Shown: in pieces, positions 38,213-46,800 of the stretch
Numbering within the stretch: position 1 is the first letter of the stretch
Layout: each line of letters starts with the position of its first letter
The notes under the pieces: generated by a model
Told to the model about the DNA's origin: nothing
The model's database searches: none
The model's input: the letters and a program-made list of their open reading frames with translations, nothing else
Program-made: the position numbers and the translations under genes
From: Bacteroidales bacterium
Lineage (GTDB): Bacteria > Bacteroidota > Bacteroidia > Bacteroidales > VadinHA17
Assembly (NCBI GenBank): GCA_035531395.1
Contig: DATKTA010000032.1
Span: 146,033 to 210,032 of the forward strand
DNA length: 64,000 nt
Reading direction: 5' to 3'

Positions 38213-39358
38213 TCAGGATACTCCAAAACGATCGAGCCTGTAAAACTTAATAGCATTATCCCAGTAGATCTTTTTCAGGGCTTTCTCATCAATCCCGATA
38301 CCGTCAATCTTCCACTTTCCCTGGATGGGAGTAGGGTGATCGAACTGTCTGTCGGTTGTCTGAAAGTATCTCCAGTGGATCTTATAAAATTCACGGTGTT
38401 CATCAAGTGTGAAATTTTTACATGGACCGGCCCCCTGAACATCGCATTCTGACCAGTAGGCAAGATCTGTTCCGAACATGATGCGATCCTGATATCTGGT
38501 AAAGAAATCATGACCCTCGGAAGATGTATGTCTGCCCAGTTCCCCGATACGGGCCGCAGTATCAATCCACAGGTTTGGCATTTCATCCAGCCATTTGCTT
38601 ACTTCCTTTATATTTTCAGAATAACCGGCAACATGTACAGCAACAAACTGTATCCCCTTAAATTTTCTGTATACATTATTAACTTGTTCGAACAGTGCCT
38701 CCAGAGGTGGATATTTACTACGGTCGGCAAACGACCATTCAGGATGAAGCTCAAGCTCTTCCCATCTCTCATTGGATGGTTCCCATGGTTTAAAAAATGC
38801 TACCGGGTCGCCTGTGTGAAAAGCAACAGGTATTCCAAGCTTTCCAGCTCTTTCCCAGATGGGAAATAAGCGTGGATCATCAATCGCTATCAGCTTCCCC
38901 TCCTGATCTCTTGCAGTCAGGCCAAGCTGCTTCAGGTTTTTCAGCGCAATTGCCCCGGCATTAACAGCTTTCTCAAGCATGTCAGGAGCCTTGCTGAAGA
39001 ATTCAGGATCACTCTCTGCAAGGTCCCAGTCGTAAGTGTAGTGCAAGCCTATCCTGTTTCTGTGCTGACTGAAGGCTTCGGCGAGTTCATAAAACGCCTT
39101 GTCACCAGTATACAGATCTTCTCCTTTCCCAGACAAGGAGGCAATTACCACACCATACCTTATCAGATTATCATCCATTACCTGCAAAGCTTTTTTTACC
39201 TTTCCGGGAGTGATATGTATGTGCGCATCTATTACACGTCCACCTACGGGTTTATCGGAGACCTGAGATCCTGAACCACTGCAACCCGGCATTCCTGCAA
39301 TCGAAATTGCTGCTGCACCAAGTCCCGCTTTTTCTATGAATTCTCTTCTTTTTATCAT
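38213..39358 (-). CDS. Tat-exported metal-dependent amidohydrolase (Amidohydro_2-like)
   Basis: Leader MIKRREFIEKAGLGAAAISIAG. HxH metal site VIDAHIHI. C-terminal MFGTDLAYW. Confidence 0.75.
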   Translation of the reverse strand: MIKRREFIEKAGLGAAAISIAGMPGCSGSGSQVSDKPVGGRVIDAHIHITPGKVKKALQVMDDNLIRYGVVIASLSGKGEDLYTGDKAFYELAEAFSQHRNRIGLHYTYDWDLAESDPEFFSKAPDMLEKAVNAGAIALKNLKQLGLTARDQEGKLIAIDDPRLFPIWERAGKLGIPVAFHTGDPVAFFKPWEPSNERWEELELHPEWSFADRSKYPPLEALFEQVNNVYRKFKGIQFVAVHVAGYSENIKEVSKWLDEMPNLWIDTAARIGELGRHTSSEGHDFFTRYQDRIMFGTDLAYWSECDVQGAGPCKNFTLDEHREFYKIHWRYFQTTDRQFDHPTPIQGKWKIDGIGIDEKALKKIYWDNAIKFYRLDRFGVS

Positions 39359-39363
39359 GGTAA

Positions 39364-39482
39364 TTAATTGTTAATGTATTAATGGTTAATGCTTAATGTT
39401 GAATGATAAATGTCAATAGCTTAAGTGATTCATATCAATCATTCGATAATTAAGCATTGATCAATTAACCATTAAGCATTAT
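39364..39482. repeat. Inverted arrays of TTAATGN heptads (REP-like)
   Basis: Units ttaattg / ttaatgt / ttaatgg / ttaatgc / ttaatgt / tgaatga / taaatgt span 39364-39413. Reverse-complement heptads lie at about 39451-39482. There is a perfect 12-nt inverted match: taatgcttaatg (39387-39398) with cattaagcatta (39470-39481). Confidence 0.8.
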
Positions 39483-39496
39483 CCAACTAGTCATTA

Positions 39497-40879
39497 TTAA
39501 TTGTCTGAATTTCTGAAATTATCTATCTCCCCATATGCTTCCGATCTTCTGTCCTTCCTCCATACTCCATCCCAAACACCAAGTCCGGCATTGCCGATCC
39601 AGTACCAGGGAGGATTGAAATTAAGGTCGATTGTTGCAGTGAGGAGTGTCCCCTGCTTTCCGCTTTCATTGAGAATCTCTCCCTCCGGATTTACAATCAG
39701 GCTGTTTCCGTCATATTTGCTGGTCACAAAATAGATACCGTTGTCAATTGCACGACTGCGGGTAGTGACTTTCCATGCATCAGTTGTTCCATGCAAATCA
39801 CCCCAGATCGGACAGAAGAGGATCTCTGCTCCATTTATAGCCAGTATTCTTGAGATTTCCGGGAAGGCAATGTCCCAGCAAATAAGTATTCCTATTTTCC
39901 CGAAATCAGTTGTAAATACAGGAAAGGCAGTTCCGGGAACAGCCCCGAGTTCTGTCTCTGAGTCAGGTAGCTGTACTTTCTCATATACTCCCTGTATCTT
40001 ACCCTTCCGGTCATATAGTACTGCCACATTTTTCAAAGTATCACCGCTCCAGCTGTATAATCCTGATACTATATACATACCATATTCCCTGGCCTTTTTT
40101 GACATCATTACCGAGGCCGTGCCACCAAGAGTATTTGCTTCCACCTTTGTCATTCCAAGACCGGTATCGCATGTGGCCCATCCTTCAGGAAGACAAACAA
40201 TGTCACAACCTGCTTTGCCGGCTTTATCGATCATTTCACTCATAAGCACAACGTTTTTCTCCACTGTTGGACCTGGAGGACGGAAATACATTGTACCGAC
40301 TACTATATTTCGTGGTGGCACATCTTCACATGGTTCCATTGAGATATCATCCCACCAGATAATGCCAGTTCCCCAGCGGAATACCAGCGAAATTTCAGCT
40401 GTGACAGCTCCTTCAACTGCTTTAACCTTGTCTGAAGCCATTAACCATCCGTCCCTGTCATCAGTTATATGGTAGATGTAGTTATAACCAACCTGCTCTT
40501 CTCCCTTAAACCATTTGATCCTTATAAGTACGCTTTTATCTATTGAAGCAATATTTTGTGCCCTGAATCTTGCATTGAAAAGATATGTCTGGCCGCCTTT
40601 TATCTGAACTGCCTGTACAACTTTGCCATGGACATTCGGATTTGTACTTGCCATTCTGAGGCTCTGTATGCCACCAAATTTAACTTTGCTGTCAACTGAA
40701 ATCGCAGGCATCATTGTCTCAATAGGTCCTGTTATGGTCCAGCCTTCAGGTGTTCCTGGCGAGGCCTCAAATCCCGGGTTCATTATAAGGTTTGTCTCTG
40801 ATGCCATGACCAGCGGTATTGATATAAGCATCAGAACCGGGTAACAAAATGTTTTTACTTTTATTTTCATTACTTTCAT
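39497..40879 (-). CDS. Secreted carbon-nitrogen hydrolase (nitrilase superfamily) with N-terminal CBM4_9-like jelly-roll domain
   Basis: Signal peptide. NLIMNPGFEASPGTPEGWTI (CBM-like). Glu-Lys-Cys triad context: CLPEGW, YEKVQL, ILICWDIAFPE. Confidence 0.8.
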   Translation of the reverse strand: MKVMKIKVKTFCYPVLMLISIPLVMASETNLIMNPGFEASPGTPEGWTITGPIETMMPAISVDSKVKFGGIQSLRMASTNPNVHGKVVQAVQIKGGQTYLFNARFRAQNIASIDKSVLIRIKWFKGEEQVGYNYIYHITDDRDGWLMASDKVKAVEGAVTAEISLVFRWGTGIIWWDDISMEPCEDVPPRNIVVGTMYFRPPGPTVEKNVVLMSEMIDKAGKAGCDIVCLPEGWATCDTGLGMTKVEANTLGGTASVMMSKKAREYGMYIVSGLYSWSGDTLKNVAVLYDRKGKIQGVYEKVQLPDSETELGAVPGTAFPVFTTDFGKIGILICWDIAFPEISRILAINGAEILFCPIWGDLHGTTDAWKVTTRSRAIDNGIYFVTSKYDGNSLIVNPEGEILNESGKQGTLLTATIDLNFNPPWYWIGNAGLGVWDGVWRKDRRSEAYGEIDNFRNSDN

Positions 40880-40906
40880 ACTTAAACTTTTATCTTTTCT
40901 GTCGCC

Positions 40907-41833
40907 TTATGCCGATACCCATTCATACGTACATCCCTGTTTGAAATGAATGGTCTCAATATCGGGATATTTTTCTTTAATTATCTGGTTCAGCGACCTC
41001 ATTCCCATTTCCTCACTGGTCCCATGATTAATTACAATCAATGGATGACCGGTGTCTTCCGCATATACAGTCTGGATATGGGTTCGGATAATATCATCAA
41101 TTGCAATAAATACATCAGGTTTGAGATCGGCATAGTCCATAGGATCGCATATCCAGCCTGTTCCAATACCTACACTTGAAACCTCTCTTGCAGGATCGCC
41201 GTAAAAGGCTACGCCAGGCTGACCCAGTTCCTTTAGTCTGCCGGCTAAGCTCCTGGCAAACGAAGAGGCAGGCTGCTTCTGAAACTTATAGACGTTGTAA
41301 TATATTCGTGAGGCAATTATGTCGCTGTTACTGAAGCCCAAGAACTGGCCGAATGCAAAAGGAATACCTTTATCCTGAAGTGCATCAAGTGTATCATGGT
41401 TCCTGATTATCACCAGACCATTATCGTTGATCCATTTCTTTTTCTTTTCAATCTGTGAAATATACTCCTCTCTGGTGTAATCAGGCGATCTCTGGAGAAA
41501 TCCGGGAACTTCATCAAGATCCCTGTGGGTGTAAAAAGTGGGTTCATGAGTGATAAGTACATTCACACCTGCTTCAACTGCCTTCCTGCAAGTATACTGG
41601 TTCGACATCCAGCAGGTACCGATCTTTTTAATAACAGTATCAGGATTTCCTATAATGAAACGGTCAACAGTGTCAGGCTTAAGCTTGACATGAGAGGTTA
41701 GGAATTGCTGAAGTTGAGCAGCTGTTAATCCGGACTCAGCAGCAACTGAATGAGATATGGCTCCTGTAATTCCTGAGGAAGAGAGAAATGTTCCTGACAG
41801 GGCAGCTAGTTTAATGAAATCCTTGCGAATCAT
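40907..41833 (-). CDS. NIF3/YbgI-like dinuclear-metal protein with an export (Tat-like RK) leader
   Basis: MIRKDFIKLAALSGTFLSSSGITGA leader. VLITHEPTFY and VINHGTSEEMG blocks resemble the NIF3 (DUF34) metal-binding segments. Confidence 0.55.
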   Translation of the reverse strand: MIRKDFIKLAALSGTFLSSSGITGAISHSVAAESGLTAAQLQQFLTSHVKLKPDTVDRFIIGNPDTVIKKIGTCWMSNQYTCRKAVEAGVNVLITHEPTFYTHRDLDEVPGFLQRSPDYTREEYISQIEKKKKWINDNGLVIIRNHDTLDALQDKGIPFAFGQFLGFSNSDIIASRIYYNVYKFQKQPASSFARSLAGRLKELGQPGVAFYGDPAREVSSVGIGTGWICDPMDYADLKPDVFIAIDDIIRTHIQTVYAEDTGHPLIVINHGTSEEMGMRSLNQIIKEKYPDIETIHFKQGCTYEWVSA

Positions 41834-41941
41834 TTTTTTATGTTTTGTTACTTTTTATCCGGTAAATTTATAAATTTAATGATGAAACAGTTGTTTTGTT
41901 ATGATAACAATATGTAACCATATAAATTAACTTATGCCAAA

Positions 41942-43375
41942 ATGAAAAGAAGAAAATTTTTTCAGGTATCATCAGCAGGTGTTGCAGGCCTTGCTTTAGG
42001 CTCATCGTGCAAATCAACGGGTGATAAAAAAGTTGTTGATCAGGTAGCTCAGAGCCCTTCTGAAGTGCCTGACTACAGGAAAACTGTTAAAACGGAGTTT
42101 ACTTCAGTAAAGCCCAAACCAGCCAGTGATAAGGTGATACTGGCACTTATTGGAGCCGGAGGCTGGGGTACAAACCTGATACTCGAAGCAGCAAACGCAG
42201 GGGAGAACATCCTTATTAAATATGTTTGCGATGTGGATGATACCAGGGGGGGGCGTGCCATAGCAGAACTCGAAAAGATACAGGGATTCAAGCCCATTGC
42301 GATAAGAGATATGAGGAAAGTTTATGACGATAAAGAGGTTGATGGAGTGTTTGTTGAGACACCAGAGCACTGGCATGCACTTGCCACTATATGGGGATGC
42401 CAGGCAGGTAAGGATGTCTATGTGGAAAAGACTGTTTCTCATTCAATATTTGAAGGACAACAGATGATTAAAGCGGCCATGAAGTACGAGCGGATTGTAC
42501 AGTGCGGGATGCAAAACCGGAGTGCGGATTATGCTATTACTGCAAGGGATTATATAAAGAGTGGTGAACTCGGAGATATTGTTTCGGTTCATGTCCGTGA
42601 ATTGCTCGACGGACCTGTCCCTCTTAATGAAAAGGAAAACACTGCTCCTCCTGATACCATAGACTGGAACATGTGGCTGGGCCCTGCACCTGAAGTACCA
42701 TATAATGTCTCCAGGAACAAATCATGGGGGTATTACTGGGATTATTCGGGTGGTTATGTAACATCAGGTGGATCAATTCACCAGCTTGATATGGCAAGAA
42801 TGGTACTTGGTTTTCCCGATCTCCCGAAGTCAGCCTATTGTTCCGGTGGCAGATATGCTTTCAATGACAATCGGGATGTGCCTGATTATCAAATGACAAC
42901 TTTTGATTACGGAAATTGGGTCATGACACTTGAAACTGGTGAATGTACACCCTATATGCAAAAATCAGGTCTCGATGTTCGTTTCGGAACCATATATCCC
43001 AAATGGATGGAGAATGCAACACGGGTAGATATTCTTGGAACAAAAAGAATAATGTACCTGGGACGCATGGGAGGGGGCTGGCAGGTATTTGACAAAGATG
43101 AAAAGCTGGTTGCCCAGGATAAAGGGATCTTCCCGCTTAAGGCTCATATACTGAACTATATCGATTGCATCAGGACCAGGAAGCAACCAAATGGCAGCAT
43201 CGTGGAAGGACATAAAAGCGCAGTGCATATTCATCTGGCAAATCTCTCCTACAGGGCAGGAAACAGGCAGCTCTTGTTCTCTCCTGAATATGAAGCCATC
43301 ATGAATGACAAAAAAGCAGCTGAGCTGGACCATCTTGATTACAGGTCAGGATTTGAGATTTCAAAGGAGGTATAG
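41942..43375 (+). CDS. Tat-exported Gfo/Idh/MocA-family oxidoreductase
   Basis: Leader MKRRKFFQVSSAGVAGLALGSSC. Rossmann block LALIGAGGWG. EKP-variant YVEKTVSH. Confidence 0.85.
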   Translation: MKRRKFFQVSSAGVAGLALGSSCKSTGDKKVVDQVAQSPSEVPDYRKTVKTEFTSVKPKPASDKVILALIGAGGWGTNLILEAANAGENILIKYVCDVDDTRGGRAIAELEKIQGFKPIAIRDMRKVYDDKEVDGVFVETPEHWHALATIWGCQAGKDVYVEKTVSHSIFEGQQMIKAAMKYERIVQCGMQNRSADYAITARDYIKSGELGDIVSVHVRELLDGPVPLNEKENTAPPDTIDWNMWLGPAPEVPYNVSRNKSWGYYWDYSGGYVTSGGSIHQLDMARMVLGFPDLPKSAYCSGGRYAFNDNRDVPDYQMTTFDYGNWVMTLETGECTPYMQKSGLDVRFGTIYPKWMENATRVDILGTKRIMYLGRMGGGWQVFDKDEKLVAQDKGIFPLKAHILNYIDCIRTRKQPNGSIVEGHKSAVHIHLANLSYRAGNRQLLFSPEYEAIMNDKKAAELDHLDYRSGFEISKEV

Positions 43376-43507
43376 TATAATAAAAACTCAGACCGGATAA
43401 TAGATGACTTTCGGTAATCAATATTACAACAAAGATTTAAGTTTGAGACGATACTAGACCAAGTAAAAGTATCTTAATTTTGTTTTATTAACCCATCCCC
43501 TTCCCTT

Positions 43508-43533
43508 CCCTTCCTTTATTCTTAAAGGAAGGG
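43508..43533. other. 10-bp stem hairpin in a long convergent spacer
   Basis: cccttccttt (43508-43517), loop attctt, then aaaggaaggg (43524-43533). Confidence 0.6.
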
Positions 43534-43631
43534 GCATATCCGTCAACCTACGGAATCTGAAAAAGGTTTTTCAGGGATGATAAATAAAGGCAAACGGATT
43601 TTAATATCGAATTTCAGTTCATTTATAATAA

Positions 43632-43658
43632 TTTCCCCTCCTTCAAAAGGAGGGGAAA
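43632..43658. terminator. 12-bp stem hairpin (TTTCCCCTCCTT/AAGGAGGGGAAA); candidate terminator or REP
   Basis: tttcccctcctt (43632-43643), loop caa, then aaggaggggaaa (43647-43658). The flanks are T-rich on both strands. Confidence 0.55.
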
Positions 43659-43801
43659 CTTCTTCTTATCTCTGTTTTTACAAAACTCTTCTTAGGTTAA
43701 CGGCTATGGGGGAAGGGGGGGAGAAATAATATGTATGAGATAATTCAACTTGTTATCACTTCTTAATAATAATTGCAGATACTCAATTAATATATCATTA
43801 G

Positions 43802-46800
43802 TCAATTCATGCTGTTTTCTTTAAAATAAGTAATATATGATTTCAGGTTTTCAAAATATCCTTCAAGATTAAGAAGTTGTTCGTCATAGATTAAGAAGCT
43901 CATATCGGGTCTTCGGAATGCAAAATGCCTGGCTCTGTCCTGCTGCCAGAAGAACTCTTTATTTTCTGTCGATAATCCTTTAGGCAAACGGGTCTGCTCG
44001 TATACAGATACCAGGTCATTAAAAACAGTTGATCTCCTGGTCAGAATGTTCTCGACAATATTTTGTGCCTCGATAAGGCTGTTAAGAGATACATTAGAAT
44101 CGAGAAAACGATTTATATGCGCCTTTTTTATTATTTTTTCCAGGTTGGAGAGATCAATATAGACCTGGCATGTGTGTTTCACAAGTTCTGCTGATGTACG
44201 GAAAATCTCAAAATCATAGTTGTGCCTGATGTCTGTATTTTTATTCTCAGAAATAATTTGCAGAGCCCTGTCCATCTTTCCCAGGATCTGCTCGGACTGT
44301 ATTACTTTTTCCTTGTACCGTGTATTCCAGTATGGATCATATTCCAGAGCATCACCTCTTGGCAGGTCAGGCAGGTGTGTTTGTCCTATCTCACCGTAAT
44401 GCCAGACATTCCTTTCCATGGTTCCTGCAAAATAGTAAGCTCCTTCGTTAAGAATTTTAAAGAGTTCATCCATATCTGCAGCAGAGCTTCCATAACAGTT
44501 TGCAAAAAAAGATTCCATAAATTCATTTCGGCCAGGATTACTTCCATTCCAGGAACAGGCGGCAGCATTGACAAAATGCATCATCCACATCTGGTTATGC
44601 AGGTCATCATCATCCCATGAAGTGCAGATCATCCCATTGAATACTCCTGTTCTTGCTGCTGATGATAGAAAATTATATGATTTTTCAAGGCTTCCGGGTC
44701 TTATGTTTCCCCTTTCTCCTTTTTCAAAAATATATGGTACCATCAGCGGAACGACACCTGGATTCGGATCATATGCAAATACCTTATAGCCCTGGGAGTT
44801 AGCTTTTTTGATATATGTCAGGTCAGGTGTTTCATAATTATAGCTTTCAGCAAGAACCAGTTCTGGTGCCGGTTTAATTCCAATTGCAGGCGATCTGCTT
44901 GCTTCCCATCCCATTGGGGTTTCCCAGGCCATAGTCTTTCTGCCTTTGGGACTTAGATATTCGGCAGCCTTATTAATAAAAGTAAGGTAGAGACCACTTC
45001 TGCCAATTTCAGCTGCTTTTGCTTTACATTGGTCACAGACACCTAGTTCGTAAGTCTCATCAGATCCAATATGCAGATATTCAGATCCTGGTGTAGCCTC
45101 AATTGCATCCTTCCACAGATCGAACAAGAGTGTATAGCTTCCCTCTTTAAGAGGACAGAATTCCCAGTTCGAGGATTCAATTTCCCTCAGATTTTTAAAT
45201 TGGGGCCATTTCAGTATAAAGCTTACGTGACCAAGCCCCTGGACAAGTGGAACGATCTGGATATGATACTGCCTGGCAAAACGGGTAAATTCCTGCATCT
45301 CTGCCATTGTAAAAGCTCCCGGAGCACCTATCTCAAGATGGCTCGGGTAGGCAAATTTGTCTTCCCATTCCCATACAAGCATATTTACCTTATATCTGGC
45401 AAGATCCTTAATGAATGATTTTACATATGAAGCCTTATCCTGGTGATGTTTTGTATCATAATGTATTGCACGGTTTTCAATATCCGGCCAGTCTTTTATC
45501 GAGATGCCCGGTACCTTGTAACCCTTTGCATTTTGTTTTATGAGCTGCAGGAGAGTCTGAGTCCCATAAAACAAACCTTCTTCATCCTTCCCAAGAATAA
45601 TCACTTCCTTTTCTCCGGAAGTTAGCTGGTATCCCTGGGCATGTAAAGTTTTTCCTGTACGGTCACGCCTGAGGATAATTGAAGGATATTCTCCACTGGA
45701 ATTTATCCGGGCATTTATGCCAAATTCATTCTTAAGATCTTTTATAAGCTCCTCAGCTGCAAACCGGTCAGATGCAGAATGGTTCTTATCCAATGTAATT
45801 TTCACCTCATTACTGAAGTTGAAATCTTCACCTTTTAATGTTACTTCCTTTGGAAAGGGTATAACATTAAGTCCAAGTGCTTTCAGAACATTTTTTGTCA
45901 GTACAGTGTCGGGGCCCGGTCCGTAATCAACAGCCTTTACCGCCTCTATCTGACTTTCCCTGTTACCTGTTGTCAGATGAATCTCTTTATATTTTTCAAG
46001 GAGAGGAGGATTCTGATCCGTTAGCATCCCATATGTATCAGGACGGCGAGATTTATTATGGATTGCCGTCAGATTATTTGTGCCATTAATTGTCTCCCAC
46101 CACTTGCTGTCAGCAATTCTCTCTTTGGAAAAATCAATCTCAGCCATAATAACTGTATTCTTCTTTCCGGGGGCCTCAGCTGCCACATTGCCGTTAAAAT
46201 CAATTATGCCGTTACCTTCGGAACCAAGTACAACCGGTGCAACATAGACTGAATTATCTTTGGCCCTGGTAACAATCATATTTGCTGTACTGAGACTCTC
46301 CCCGGGTATATTATCTCTTGCCATCGTAGGATTGAAAATAATATCAGCTCCTTTAAGAGCATAGATTGTTGATATCTCAGGATAAGATAACTCCCAGCAG
46401 GTAGCAATTGCAATTGTACCGAAATCAGTCTTGTATACTTCATATTCATCTCCTGTTGAGACCAGCCAGGTTTCCATAACCGGAAGTACTGTTTTGCGAT
46501 GTTTCCCGATTATATTACCCTGACGGTCGAAGATAACGGCTGTATTGAAGACCTTGCCCTCTGAAGCTTCATACATTGGCGCAATTATGTACATATTTGA
46601 TTTTCTGGCAATTTCAGCCACTCTGTCTGTTAAGGGTCCCGGTACCGGTTCTGCAAGTGAGCTAAATAGGATTTCTCCTGTCTCAGGATCTTTTGTATCT
46701 ATGTATAAACCATAGGACCCAATATGTTGAATATCTTCCGGTCCGCATACCAGGTCAGCTCCCATCTTACCGGCTTCCTCAAAAAGAGCAAGCAAATTGT

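Noticed and set aside
39741-40475. 244-aa + strand ORF
   Set aside because: It is antisense to the well-supported CBM plus C-N hydrolase gene. It is Ser/Pro-rich and low-complexity. Other long antisense ORFs in the track are similar, for example 21351-21737, 13449-13850, 44222-44620 and 60725-61090.
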